Positions 28,001 through 38,933 of a DNA stretch of 64,000 nt are shown piece by piece. The position numbers and the translations under genes were made by a program. This stretch comes from Candidatus Poribacteria bacterium. Its GTDB lineage: Bacteria > Poribacteria > WGA-4E > UBA9662. Every line of letters starts with the position of its first letter. Position 1 is the stretch's first letter. The notes beneath the pieces were generated by a model. That model had not been told where the DNA came from. It did not search any database and saw only the letters and a list, made by a program, of their open reading frames with translations. The DNA is taken from assembly GCA_036339735.1 (NCBI GenBank), contig JAYZAL010000088.1, positions 32,001-96,000 on the forward strand, read 5' to 3'.

Positions 28001-30403
28001 CTATCCTAGAAGCGATTGTTCTAAGACCTGATCAATATGCTTAACAAAAACAAACTTAAGACCACGCTGTGCTTCTTTTGGAATCTCTGATAAATCTTTT
28101 CGATTCTTTTCTGGGGCAATAACTGTTTTGATACCAGCTTGTTTGGCCGCTAACACTTTCTCCTTGAGGCCACCAATCGGTAAGACTCGGCCTCGTAACG
28201 AAATCTCTCCAGTCATCGCAACCTCATTGGAAACAACCTGATTGGTAGCTAGGGAAGCCAAAGCTGTTGCAATGGTTATACCCGCAGAAGGACCATCTTT
28301 AGGTGTAGCTCCAGCTGGTACATGCAAATGAAAATCGTTTTTTTTGAAAAAATCAGTGTCAATCAACAAGTCTTCAGCCTGTGATTTGACATAACTCAGT
28401 GCGGCTTGCGCTGACTCTTGCATTACACTTCCAAGCTGACCCGTAACAGTCATTTTACCTTCTCCTTTCATTCGTGTACACTCTACAAAGAGAACTTCAC
28501 CTCCATATGGAGTTACAGATAGACCTGTAACTACACCAATATCACCTTCGCGTTCAGCTACTTCCGATTGAAATTTAATTGGACCTAAATACGTCTCGAT
28601 TTTAGAAGCGGAAACATCAATCCGTCGTTTTCGTCCTTGAGCAAACTGGCGGGCTACTTTGCGACAGACAGTCCCCAATTCTCGCTCCAGGTTTCGTAAC
28701 CCAGCTTCTCGAGTATAACTACTGATCACTTCTTCTATGGCAGGGTCTTCAAACTGAAGATTTTTGGCCGAAATCCCATTGGCGTCCAGTTGGCGCGGTA
28801 CTAGATACTGTTTGGCTATCATCAGTTTTTCTTTTTGAGTATATCCAAGTAATTGCAGAATCTCCATCCGATCCTTTAAAGGCGGTGGAATAGTATCGAG
28901 CTGGTTAGCTGTAGCAATGAACATTACTTTAGAAAGATCAAATGGAACATCAAGGTAATTATCAGCAAAATTATGATTCTGTTCAGGATCCAATACTTCC
29001 AAGAGTGCAGATGCTGGATCTCCCCGAAAATCAGAACTCATTTTATCAAGTTCGTCCAGCATGAAAATCGGATTCTTTGATTCTGCTTGCCTTAGGCTTT
29101 TGATAATTCGACCCGGCATTGAACCAATATAAGTTCTTCGATGTCCACGGATTTCAGCTTCATCATGAACACCACCCAGAGATATACGAACGAACTCTCG
29201 TCCCATTGAACGAGCAATCGACCGACCTAAGGACGTCTTACCAACTCCTGGTGGGCCAACAAAACATAGAATTGGGCCTTTCATATCTGACTTCAAAGAC
29301 CGAACAGCTAGATATTCCAGAATTCGGTCTTTGACCTTAGTCAAATTGTAATGATCTTCGTCTAAAATCTGTTGAGCTCGGTCGAGGTCCAAGTTATCTT
29401 TTGTTTCGTGTTCCCAAGGTAAATTAACCATCCAGTCTAGATAGTTTCGACAAACAGTGGCTTCTGGAGAGAATGACTGCATCTGAGATAAACGTTTTAG
29501 CTCTCGCTCAGCTGATTTTAGCGCTTTTTCCGGCATTTCCATTTGCTGTAGTTTATCTCGATATTCTTCAATTTCAGCAGATAAATCTTCGGTATCACCT
29601 AATTCTTTTTGAATGGCTCGTATTTGCTCTCGCAAGAAATATTCCTTCTGAGACTGATTGATTTCAGCTTCAGCGTCGGACTGGATTTTACTCTCTAATT
29701 CAACTAAATTCAGTTCCTTGGTTAACATTTTAACCAAGTTTTCCAGTCTTTCCTCGACAGTAACATTTTCGAGCAGTTGCTGCTTATCTTCTGTTTTTAA
29801 GCTTATGATAGAAGCAATGTAGTCAGCAAGCCGCCCAGGATGATCAATATTATCGGCAATAATGGCAAATTCTTCTTGATAACGAGAAGAAATAGTTACT
29901 ATTTGGCTAAATAGATCATTTGCGCTTCTTACCAAGGCTTCAGACTCCATATCACCAAATTTTTCCGAAATCTCATCTTCTAACAGGGAGACTTCGGCCT
30001 TCATGAAGGGGGCTGTATGTAATACTTCATTAATTTCGACCCGAGCTTTGCCTTGAGCCAAAAAGAGAACACTATCGCCATCCTTTTTATAACGTACAAT
30101 ATGAACCAGTGTTCCGACAGGGCTTAGATCATCAGCAGTTAATTGTTTTGGGTCTTTTTCAATGCTTTGGCGAAACAAACAAAGAAACCTTTGTTCATTT
30201 ACCATCGCATATTCAACTGCAGACGACACATTTTCACCTGACAACGCTACATGGTGAGGTGAAAATGGTGGGACTGGGGGCATGAAGGGGTAAACAACTA
30301 AATCTCCTAATACTGGAATAATAGGCAGCTCGTTGCTGATATCAAAGCGAGCTATACCTTCTGATTCTTCGTTTTCCAATGGATTTTGGTCACTCATCTT
30401 CAT
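28001..30403 (-). CDS. lon: ATP-dependent Lon protease
   Basis: GPPGVGKTS, RGHRRTYIGSMPG, PKDGPSAG, IGGLKEK. Confidence 0.97.
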   Translation of the reverse strand: MKMSDQNPLENEESEGIARFDISNELPIIPVLGDLVVYPFMPPVPPFSPHHVALSGENVSSAVEYAMVNEQRFLCLFRQSIEKDPKQLTADDLSPVGTLVHIVRYKKDGDSVLFLAQGKARVEINEVLHTAPFMKAEVSLLEDEISEKFGDMESEALVRSANDLFSQIVTISSRYQEEFAIIADNIDHPGRLADYIASIISLKTEDKQQLLENVTVEERLENLVKMLTKELNLVELESKIQSDAEAEINQSQKEYFLREQIRAIQKELGDTEDLSAEIEEYRDKLQQMEMPEKALKSAERELKRLSQMQSFSPEATVCRNYLDWMVNLPWEHETKDNLDLDRAQQILDEDHYNLTKVKDRILEYLAVRSLKSDMKGPILCFVGPPGVGKTSLGRSIARSMGREFVRISLGGVHDEAEIRGHRRTYIGSMPGRIIKSLRQAESKNPIFMLDELDKMSSDFRGDPASALLEVLDPEQNHNFADNYLDVPFDLSKVMFIATANQLDTIPPPLKDRMEILQLLGYTQKEKLMIAKQYLVPRQLDANGISAKNLQFEDPAIEEVISSYTREAGLRNLERELGTVCRKVARQFAQGRKRRIDVSASKIETYLGPIKFQSEVAEREGDIGVVTGLSVTPYGGEVLFVECTRMKGEGKMTVTGQLGSVMQESAQAALSYVKSQAEDLLIDTDFFKKNDFHLHVPAGATPKDGPSAGITIATALASLATNQVVSNEVAMTGEISLRGRVLPIGGLKEKVLAAKQAGIKTVIAPEKNRKDLSEIPKEAQRGLKFVFVKHIDQVLEQSLLG

Positions 30404-30980
30404 CCTCCTGACGGTTCACTTGAATACCAATCGGTTGTCGTCCAGTTATCATATTTGCTTCAGCCTCGCTATCTAGATTTTGATTAGTCTTAACTTCAAC
30501 TACAATCTCCTTAGATTTTCGTTCTTTTTTGGGTATTTTAATTTCCAGAAATCCATTGTCATAACTAGCGGTTGGTGTAACTTCTTCTACATGAACATTA
30601 GGTAAAACTACTCTCCGTTCAAAATGGCCATAGCTTAATCCAGCTTGGTGATAGTGTTGTTTCTTTAGCTCAGTTTTATCTTGACGAAAACCACGTATGA
30701 CCAAGTTATTTTCCTCTAGGCGAATTTTGACGTCATTCTCAGGATCAATTCCAGCGACTTCTAGCTTAACGATAAAACTATCTACGGTCTCGTAAATATC
30801 CATTGGTGGTCGCCACAAGTCGGTCTCGACATTGGAAGAGGAGAAAGCATCAAATAGTCGCTCAGCCTCACCTTGCATTTCAATTTTCATTTCAAAAAAT
30901 TGGTCAATCAGTTCTTTGGAAAACTTCATGCTAATTTTACTCCTGTCGCTGTTGATTTCTCGATTAATGTCTATTTTCAT
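30390..30980 (-). CDS. Hsp20/alpha-crystallin small heat-shock protein
   Basis: WRPPMDIYET, YGHFERRVVLP, ASYDNGFLEIKIPK. Confidence 0.9.
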   Translation of the reverse strand: MKIDINREINSDRSKISMKFSKELIDQFFEMKIEMQGEAERLFDAFSSSNVETDLWRPPMDIYETVDSFIVKLEVAGIDPENDVKIRLEENNLVIRGFRQDKTELKKQHYHQAGLSYGHFERRVVLPNVHVEEVTPTASYDNGFLEIKIPKKERKSKEIVVEVKTNQNLDSEAEANMITGRQPIGIQVNRQEDEDE

Positions 30981-31022
30981 GTAGTTAAGTTACTTTTATT
31001 GGTTCATATTGTATCGACATCA

Positions 31023-32975
31023 TTAAGGCCAAAATTGATAGAGTGGGGTATTAGTAATGATACTAGCAATGCTCCAAATGCTCCCGAGGATGTAATCGCC
31101 TAGTGCTAAGCCTAGAAAAAACGGAATGGCACGGCGGTAAGACTGTAGACCGCCTTGTTTTAATATCACAGCTTTTAAAAACCAAGCAACAAATAAACAA
31201 CACCATAAATTTGCCATCCCCCAGCTATTTGCCATAGCGTAACCAAGAGGGTGGAGAGGCCACCACAAAAACTTAGTTCGAATCAACATCATCAAGGTCG
31301 TTATTATTACGCCTACTCCCATAAATGCTAAGCCAGGAATATCAACCTCGCGAGGAAATGTTAACCAGCCTTCTAGTTGTCGATAAACACCTCTTCCGAA
31401 CCCGAGTGCCCAAGTTTCATAATAACCTGATTCTGCCCCATGGCGATAGTAGCTGTCAAGTAATAGCCAGAATACTACTATTGCACCAACTAAAGTAGCC
31501 ATCAAAATGGAAATCACTATTTGCTTTGAAGGAATCGACCGAGTTTGTGAAATCTTAAATGCTTCCAACATTTGCGGCATTGGATGGGCTCGGTAGGCTC
31601 GATTAAAAAACATATATAAGGAAAATCCAATGAGGCTACCTGTTCCTATCCGCTGAGTACCGAAAGCCGTCACTAAAATACTATGTGGATCTATCCTGTG
31701 CAAGTCATGTACCAAGAAACCGAGTTCAGCTCTCACACGTGCTATCATAATAGCCAACAAAAAGTAAATCGTAAAAAATAGTAAAATTACCCAAGGAGAC
31801 ATACCAATCTGGTAGGAAAAAACACTTAAAAAAGAACAGCCAAAGACAATACCTAGAAAGGCAAATCGGTAGTAAGTGAATTCTCTAACATCTTCGATTA
31901 TAGGTTTTAAACCATACTTTATTCCTAAAAGAGACAATAGGTAACGCATGAGAGATTTAAAATGTCCTCTACCGGCCCATAAAGCAAAGCATAATAAGCC
32001 TATGTAAGCACCAAAAGCCTGCTCATTATCGTAAGGGAAACGAGGTATACCACGAAACCCAACTATTTTGCCTACCATCAATTCGATCTTGAAAAGAGCA
32101 TAAAAAAACCAACAAGAAAAAAGTAAATCAAGCGGTATTAAGAAGGCGATACCAATAGCAAATGGGTAAAAGGCAATCTTTACTCCACCCATCGCATTCC
32201 AAGGTCGGGCAGTGAAATAGTGTTGAATAGACTGACGTTTGACCGGTAAATATGGGACTTCAGGGTAAATCGAATTCATCAAATTCAGAATGCTAATTCC
32301 TGCTGCTAAACCGAAACCGAACCAAACTATCCTTCGATGAAAAAATCTGGAATCTGGATTTACCATTTCGAGCGGTAACTGAATGATCGGATAAGTTAAC
32401 CGCTCTCGTTCAGTCCATTGTAATCTCAACAAAATGTTTAGGCAGAGCATGACAATCATTAACACAAGGATAAAAGCAATCCACCAAACCGCGGGTTTCA
32501 GCCATGCATAAATATGATCTTGGGTATAGAGAGTAGAACCTCCTTCGTAATAATGGCGAAGTGCTTTTTCGTCACTGACAGTAAGCCATTCTGGCAGTTG
32601 ACGAAGGAATATCTCTCGCCACTCATTTTCTGGTGTGGCGAAACGAAATGGGTGTCCCAAAATCGTGATTAAAATCTCCATCATATCGTGGGAACAGAGA
32701 GATGAAACCACACATAGCATCACGTAAATAGTTAAAACTTCGGCTTGTGTTAGAACTAGTAAGGAGGAAAGTTGATTCAAAAACAGACCAATCAAAAGCA
32801 ACCAGAAAATTATAAAAATAACATTTGATAATGGGTGAATAAGAGTTGGGTGAGTGTATCGAACGACCTCCAACTGTATCAGCCAAAATACATTAATTGG
32901 AATTAAACAGAGAACAATTAGAAAGGATTTGACTGTTAGACCATTCTCGGAAGGTGGATTCACTGATGAATCCAT
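31023..32975 (-). CDS. DUF6785/DUF6784 multi-pass membrane protein (OPT-related)
   Basis: FATPENEW, QWTERERLTYP, RVRAELG, WWPLHPLGY, PFFLGLALGD. Confidence 0.8.
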   Translation of the reverse strand: MDSSVNPPSENGLTVKSFLIVLCLIPINVFWLIQLEVVRYTHPTLIHPLSNVIFIIFWLLLIGLFLNQLSSLLVLTQAEVLTIYVMLCVVSSLCSHDMMEILITILGHPFRFATPENEWREIFLRQLPEWLTVSDEKALRHYYEGGSTLYTQDHIYAWLKPAVWWIAFILVLMIVMLCLNILLRLQWTERERLTYPIIQLPLEMVNPDSRFFHRRIVWFGFGLAAGISILNLMNSIYPEVPYLPVKRQSIQHYFTARPWNAMGGVKIAFYPFAIGIAFLIPLDLLFSCWFFYALFKIELMVGKIVGFRGIPRFPYDNEQAFGAYIGLLCFALWAGRGHFKSLMRYLLSLLGIKYGLKPIIEDVREFTYYRFAFLGIVFGCSFLSVFSYQIGMSPWVILLFFTIYFLLAIMIARVRAELGFLVHDLHRIDPHSILVTAFGTQRIGTGSLIGFSLYMFFNRAYRAHPMPQMLEAFKISQTRSIPSKQIVISILMATLVGAIVVFWLLLDSYYRHGAESGYYETWALGFGRGVYRQLEGWLTFPREVDIPGLAFMGVGVIITTLMMLIRTKFLWWPLHPLGYAMANSWGMANLWCCLFVAWFLKAVILKQGGLQSYRRAIPFFLGLALGDYILGSIWSIASIITNTPLYQFWP

Positions 32976-34096
32976 CCCCGTCCAGATTCGATCTGGACGT
33001 CTGTGTTTAAACCTTCACACAATTTCTGATATTTTTGGAGTGTAGATGTAGCCTGTTGTCCTTCTGAAATCTGAGGTTGGTATTTCACCTTTGGGTTTCC
33101 GACCCAGACAGGAACTAACTCTATATGCTTAAATTGTCGTTTTTGAAAAACAACTTTTGGTATAACAATTTGGCTGTGTTGCTTGTCGTATGTTTCGTAT
33201 ATGAGGTCAGCCAAGCTATAAATTATCGGCTTGCCTTCAAATATTTGGATTCCTTGTAGAGTATGTAGGCGTTGAGATAGAACCAAATCAGCACCTGCAG
33301 AGATTAGTGATTGCGCAAAAAACTGCTGCCTTTGGCTGACGATCTCACTTTTTGATTCTTTTCCCCAATGCATCATCACCACCAACAAGTCAGCTTGATT
33401 CGCCATTTCTTCAGTTCGTTTTATCATGTGAGTATAGAGTGCGCGTGCCACCTTAATCTGTCCATCTTGGCTGAAAGCACCCGCGTGATAGTAAGTAACA
33501 AAGGCAACTTGGACTACTTGACCATTTTTTTGTAGGTTGAACCTGGCAGGTTGTTGTGCTGCATAATCGGAAAGCCCAACACCAATTGTCTTAACTCCCA
33601 TGCGAGTTAAGTGCTGGATAGTATCTTCAACGGCTACTGGACCAAAATCATGCAGGTTGGGGGTTGACAGCGATATCAGGTCCCATCCAGCTTGGGCGAT
33701 AGACGTTGATAGACCAGGTATCGCACGAAAAGACTGTTTTCCTTTCACTTTAGAAAGAGATTGATACTGTGGCTCACCATTTTCAGAGATACTGGTATTA
33801 AGTGTAGCTAACGCAATATCAGCTCCTTGAACCTCGCCCTTAATTAGTTTAAATAGAACATCTAAACCTTGTCGGCGTAGGATAGGAGTTAATCGACTAC
33901 CAACTGTAATATCACCACCAACGAGTATTGAAACTTGATCGTTATTCGGATCAGCTTCAGCTAATCCAGTCAGATTGAACCCAACAATAAGAAAAGTTAT
34001 AGGAAGAATAAATCGACGGAGGCTGACCAATAATGAGGGGATTCGACGACATAGAGACATCGTCGCTTCCAGATTCTGGTGAAAAATTCTTTTCAT
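32960..34096 (-). CDS. CapA/PgsA-family protein, degenerate metal site
   Basis: GGDI, VMMHWG, AGADLV, PIIYSL and a signal/TM segment. Confidence 0.8.
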   Translation of the reverse strand: MKRIFHQNLEATMSLCRRIPSLLVSLRRFILPITFLIVGFNLTGLAEADPNNDQVSILVGGDITVGSRLTPILRRQGLDVLFKLIKGEVQGADIALATLNTSISENGEPQYQSLSKVKGKQSFRAIPGLSTSIAQAGWDLISLSTPNLHDFGPVAVEDTIQHLTRMGVKTIGVGLSDYAAQQPARFNLQKNGQVVQVAFVTYYHAGAFSQDGQIKVARALYTHMIKRTEEMANQADLLVVMMHWGKESKSEIVSQRQQFFAQSLISAGADLVLSQRLHTLQGIQIFEGKPIIYSLADLIYETYDKQHSQIVIPKVVFQKRQFKHIELVPVWVGNPKVKYQPQISEGQQATSTLQKYQKLCEGLNTDVQIESGRGWIHQ

Positions 34097-34101
34097 CCAG
34101 T

Positions 34102-35175
34102 CTAGGGATAGTTATATAGATTACCGGTTTCTGATGAAGATTCCGTAGAGCTAGGATCGGTCGTACTTGTCTGATCTAGCTCTGGTAACTGGTTAGCCGC
34201 AAATTCATCCAAAATGCAAGAGACAGTTTCTTCTGAGTACGCTTGTGAGTCGATGCTAGTTTGGTTTGCTTCCCAGGCCATCCGAGCAGCAGCTTCGAAA
34301 TACTCAGCATGACGATAGCTATCGAGGATATCAACACCACGGGAGAAAGTACCGTGACCAGTCCAATACACGACATGACGAAATTGATCAGAATTCTTAT
34401 CTGGAAGATCCTTCCCTTGGAATAGTCGTAGACTCTGAAACGACAATTCAGGTATACCTGGAGCTTTCTCCATCACCAATCCAATTCCACCAACGCTATC
34501 GTATATTATCGGTGTCTCTGGTTCATAACCCTTCAAGAAATCATAAAACTTCTCAGGAACACCATGTTCTGATCGAGAAATCAAATTTAGAAACTTAGGT
34601 TGTAGGTGTACCAAAGCATTAAATTCGTAATCCCCGAGCTGATCAAAAACTAACATATAGTGAAAAAACTCACTGGTGGGTTTAGGTAGTTTGTTCCCTG
34701 TTCTTTCGAGTTCTGAAATGGTTGGAGTACCATACCTCATCCGGTAGTGAACACCATCTGATTCCATTTCTAATATTGTTACGTTCAGGGAAGGATGTTC
34801 TAATCCAACCAAGTCTAATCTGCATCCAGACTTAGTCAACAAGACATGACGACCAACTAGGTTATTGACAGTAATCGCAGCAGGTAATCTACCACGTGGA
34901 GATTCTTCGATAGGTAGCAGGTAATCCGACCCGACTATTTCTGTCATTAGAGCCCCCATGTTACCAGCTGACCCCCATAAATATCCATTACGATGGGCAT
35001 GGCTGCCAGCCCAGCCCATCTGCCCGATCAATGTTCCGATCTCGCTATCAACTCCAATGGGAGCCAAAGTCGGTTGGTATCCTCGCTCTAGCCACTTTCG
35101 ATAGCGATAGCTTTGGGCAACAGGAGGGAACTTCTCTTGTGTCAAATAAGGATTGGTTAAACCCGCTGTACTCAT
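34102..35175 (-). CDS. Class II aldolase/adducin family (RhaD-like)
   Basis: AGN, TKSG, PTSE, VHLQP and W.GHG motifs. Confidence 0.7.
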   Translation of the reverse strand: MSTAGLTNPYLTQEKFPPVAQSYRYRKWLERGYQPTLAPIGVDSEIGTLIGQMGWAGSHAHRNGYLWGSAGNMGALMTEIVGSDYLLPIEESPRGRLPAAITVNNLVGRHVLLTKSGCRLDLVGLEHPSLNVTILEMESDGVHYRMRYGTPTISELERTGNKLPKPTSEFFHYMLVFDQLGDYEFNALVHLQPKFLNLISRSEHGVPEKFYDFLKGYEPETPIIYDSVGGIGLVMEKAPGIPELSFQSLRLFQGKDLPDKNSDQFRHVVYWTGHGTFSRGVDILDSYRHAEYFEAAARMAWEANQTSIDSQAYSEETVSCILDEFAANQLPELDQTSTTDPSSTESSSETGNLYNYP

Positions 35176-35188
35176 CCTACTTTTTTCT

Positions 35189-35476
35189 CTACTTCTTATA
35201 AATGATTTGGCCCTCTATTTCGACCATATCCACGATTGCCATAACTACCGAATCTATCGGTTTCCCACTCGTTGAATCGGTATATCGAGCGGAACTACCC
35301 GCTGCAGTCAAAACCATTTCGCCAATACCAGCTCCCACAGCATCCATTGCAACTGTGTATTGACGTACTAAATGACCGTCTATATCAACTGACTGAACAA
35401 TCATCAATTTGCTACCGATTAGTTTCTCATCTTTCCGAGTGGCAACTAGCGTGCCAACCACCTTTCCCAACGTCAT
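35189..35476 (-). CDS. eutN: EutN/CcmL bacterial microcompartment vertex (BMC-P) protein
   Basis: LGKVVGTLVATRK..L.G.KL, VAMDAVGAGIGEMVL..GSSAR, PID..VMAIVD. Confidence 0.92.
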   Translation of the reverse strand: MTLGKVVGTLVATRKDEKLIGSKLMIVQSVDIDGHLVRQYTVAMDAVGAGIGEMVLTAAGSSARYTDSTSGKPIDSVVMAIVDMVEIEGQIIYKK

Positions 35477-35508
35477 CTAAATGCTCTTTTTTCATTGAAT
35501 AGGCTGTT

Positions 35509-35538
35509 ATGGTAAACTGAAATACAGATCAAAGTCAA
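35509..35538 (-). promoter_or_regulatory. Putative sigma70 promoter of the eutN operon
   Basis: Minus strand TTGACT, 18-nt spacer, TACCAT, about 30 nt upstream of the eutN ATG. Confidence 0.45.
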
Positions 35539-36208
35539 GCTTACAATTTGGGTATTCTTCCTCTACATCTTGTTAATCAACATAATTTGATCAGTGGATC
35601 ATAAGAAATCAGAGAAGTAAGAAATTTCTCATCTTATGAAGTAAATATTCCACTGTACATCTCGGGTCAAAAACAATCGAGAATCGCTTCACACAACGTT
35701 ACTTACAAAGTAAATGACGTAAAAATTTTATACTGAAGATATTCAGTTTTTCTTCGCTGACACACAGATTACCTGTATGATTGATACAATTTCGTTATGA
35801 ATTTTTTATCTAACAAAACCAGTATAGCTCTAGCGTCTCTCGTATAATTTAATATCATTGCGTGAGTTTTCAAAAGAGATTAAAAATCTCGGAGCCAATA
35901 GCTCAAATACATTTTGTCAGCTTTTATATTCTGAGAAGAATACGTTCAGGTGTGTAATAAGATAGACAAATTAGGTATTGACAACTATGAATTACACGGT
36001 TCATCGTACTATGCGCAGTTGATCAAATTTTTAGACCTATTTTTCTTAAAGTAGACTGACTTATTGGAATGATTTGAAAACGAACACACCAAAAGAGAAT
36101 AATAATACACAACTAGATAATACTATTTTATTCGTCCGTTGAACCTTGCTAATCCTGTTCGATTTCATATGATTCGATTATATAGAGTTGTCAAAAACTG
36201 ATTCGGTT

Positions 36209-37369
36209 CTAGAAATTAAGCATTATCTGTCGATAAATGTCGACGGCTTGAATTACCTGTTGACATTCCACCCATTCTACTGCCGAATGGGCTTGGTCTA
36301 TACTGCCAGGGCCAAGCACAATCGATGGAATACCACGAATGGTAAATTTGCTTGCATCAGTACCATAAGGCACACCAGTAATAGTTGACTGTCCCAAGAT
36401 ATTTTGACAGGCCCGATGACTAATCTGAACAATTTCCTCATGTTCTTCAGTTTCCATCGCATTATCTAATATGATAGCCTCGACTGTAGCTTCAAATTCT
36501 CTATCTTCATTGGTCATCTGTTCAATTAACTGTTGGAATGGGAATATTGCATCAGATGGTTTCTCTCCGGGTATGGTACGACGGTCGATCTCAATTACAC
36601 ACTGGTCGGGAACAAAGTTGATTTGCGTTCCTCCTGAAATGAGTCCAATGTTCAATGTTGGGCTCCCAACTAGTGGGTGGTCCTGGTCATGATATGTAGG
36701 AAGAATTTGTTCTTCAATTGCCTTAATTATCTTTGTCATTTGAAGAATAGCATTGACTCCTAAATAAGGCTTAGAACTATGGGCAGCGACACCTTGTGCT
36801 CGGATACGGAATCTGGCTAATCCCTTGTGGCTACGAACCACGGATAAATCAGTTGGTTCAGCTACCACCACTGCGGTAACTGATGATTCGTTGGCCAATG
36901 CTAAGGCCCCACCAAACCCATTCTCTTCATCGACAACTCCGGCATATTGTATGGTAGAATTTGGCTTAATTCCCGCAATTTTCAGATCCTTCATGGCCAT
37001 CATCATGGCTGCGCCACCCGCCTTAGTATCACAAGATCCTCTACCATACAAGTTTCCTTTTCGGATATGTGGATCAAAAGGTGGTATATTCATCATTTCA
37101 GCAGATGCTGTATCCATATGACATTCAAAGAGCAAAGTCCGGTCTGAGCGTTTTCCTGGTAAAGTAGCAATCACATTATCTCGGCCAGGGTAAACAGGTT
37201 GTCTTTGGCATGTAATATCTAAATCTGTGAAGAATTTTTCAATGTAGTTAGCTACTTCTACCTCTCCTCTTTGACCACCAGGTAAACCAGGATTGACACT
37301 CTCAATAGATACTAAATCCTGTAATCTAGCCAAAACTTCGTTACTATGTCTGGACCAAGAGTTATTCAT
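36209..37369 (-). CDS. M20 metallopeptidase/deacylase (ArgE/DapE-like)
   Basis: ECHMDT, GRGSCDTK, DEE, EPT, GTDA, GPGSIDQAH. Confidence 0.9.
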   Translation of the reverse strand: MNNSWSRHSNEVLARLQDLVSIESVNPGLPGGQRGEVEVANYIEKFFTDLDITCQRQPVYPGRDNVIATLPGKRSDRTLLFECHMDTASAEMMNIPPFDPHIRKGNLYGRGSCDTKAGGAAMMMAMKDLKIAGIKPNSTIQYAGVVDEENGFGGALALANESSVTAVVVAEPTDLSVVRSHKGLARFRIRAQGVAAHSSKPYLGVNAILQMTKIIKAIEEQILPTYHDQDHPLVGSPTLNIGLISGGTQINFVPDQCVIEIDRRTIPGEKPSDAIFPFQQLIEQMTNEDREFEATVEAIILDNAMETEEHEEIVQISHRACQNILGQSTITGVPYGTDASKFTIRGIPSIVLGPGSIDQAHSAVEWVECQQVIQAVDIYRQIMLNF

Positions 37370-37751
37370 AAAATTGACCGATTTTTGTTCTTCATCCTTG
37401 TTAGTATTTCAATGAAGGTTAATTCTAGATCTAGATATGTCTGATTTTGGTCTTATTGGTAGCGTCTGTAGTCTAAAGATATTGATAACCAATTCTACGA
37501 AAGAAAAACTGAAAGAGCCACTACCAAGAATCTTATCAAACTATTCATACGAATTTCATTACTGTAAAAAGGTCTACTACAGTCCCCACACTCTGATTAG
37601 GCAAAACCTGTTTCGAAAACCTTATCTCTCTGGCTAGACTTAGATTTGGTTCACCATGTTTCCAAATGTATCTTTTGTTTTTCAATTTCTTCCGGTTGAT
37701 CATTTTATTGTAAACGGAATCGTCAAACAGCCTGAGTTTTTTACAATAATT

Positions 37752-38933
37752 TCACTTGTTAATCATATTTATGATCAAGGTAGTCACGGATATAAAGCTC
37801 AAAACTTGAGACCAATTGACTTGGAACTTTTCTGGTATTTCGACTGTATCTCCAGGAGCAAGCCAAATTTGTCCTGACGACTGATTCCTTAGATCGTACA
37901 CTTCTGATTTACCTTCTTTTCTATAAACTAGGACTTTTCGTCGATTCGCGTATTGATCGATCCCACCAGCTAGAGAAATAGCCTGACGAACCGAAACCTG
38001 CGTTCGATTGCCTTCAGATGTTACCCGTACTAATTGTGGGCCAGGTTGATTAACACGACCTAAAACGTAGATTGGCTCAATTTTGAAGGCATTAGGAATA
38101 TACAGAACATCGTTGGGTAATAAATATACGGAGCCCGATCCATCGTCTGAAAGTGGTAAATCTTGCCAAAATTTTTCGGTAGCAGAGATCGTTTCAATTT
38201 TTCCATTTTGGCGCATAATAATACAATTATGTAGGTCAGCCTTATCATGAATAGGGCCACCGGATTTAGCTAACGCTTGATCAATCCGAATCTGTTGTCT
38301 AAAAAAAACCGGCCCAGGTTTTTGTACTTCCCCTTGAACCTCGGCTCTTTGTAATAAAGGCACATAAACTAGATCACCTGAATGAACTAGGATTTGTTCT
38401 CTATCGTTTTCTGTGAAGTCATGAGAGCTGAGTTTTCCTTTATAGATCAAAATTACCGATTCCAAATCAGAGTTAATTAAAGTACCTCCACCCAAAGCTA
38501 TTGCTCTATACAAGTCAGTTTTTTCTTCTAGTCCGATACTATAACGACCTGGATTTTTTACATTTCCTCCTACGTATATTTCATTCTCTTTTAGAATCGG
38601 AGCAACCATGACTACCGGGTTTGTGAGTAGCCCTAGCTGTATCAGGTGATCTCGAATCAGCAAATCTGCCTTTCCTTGGCCTACGATCATTATATCGCCA
38701 CCGAAATAGCTGACTTTTCCATCTGGCTGTACAGTAACAGTTTGATTGAAATCTGGTGAGTCAACAACCACAATTTGCAATTGGTCATTTGGCTTAATTT
38801 GGTAAGTCAGAGAGTCCGAAAAGCAGTAAATCGGTAGAAGAAAAATGAGAAAGTGAAAAACTGGTAAATTCAACGGTAGAATAGTCGGATTTGAATAGGC
38901 AAGTATTAGTCGATCAAAAAATCTCTGGTACAT
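37752..38933 (-). CDS. Polysaccharide export/SLBB-domain protein (Wza-like)
   Basis: YQIKPNDQL..VQPDG followed by three SLBB repeats (V.G.V..PG...A...GG). Confidence 0.8.
   Translation of the reverse strand: MYQRFFDRLILAYSNPTILPLNLPVFHFLIFLLPIYCFSDSLTYQIKPNDQLQIVVVDSPDFNQTVTVQPDGKVSYFGGDIMIVGQGKADLLIRDHLIQLGLLTNPVVMVAPILKENEIYVGGNVKNPGRYSIGLEEKTDLYRAIALGGGTLINSDLESVILIYKGKLSSHDFTENDREQILVHSGDLVYVPLLQRAEVQGEVQKPGPVFFRQQIRIDQALAKSGGPIHDKADLHNCIIMRQNGKIETISATEKFWQDLPLSDDGSGSVYLLPNDVLYIPNAFKIEPIYVLGRVNQPGPQLVRVTSEGNRTQVSVRQAISLAGGIDQYANRRKVLVYRKEGKSEVYDLRNQSSGQIWLAPGDTVEIPEKFQVNWSQVLSFISVTTLIINMINK

Noticed and set aside
35540-36208. Long AT-rich intergenic region as ncRNA, riboswitch or CRISPR
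   Set aside because: No repeats, recognisable RNA motif or credible ORF seen. A covariance-model search would be needed to exclude an RNA.
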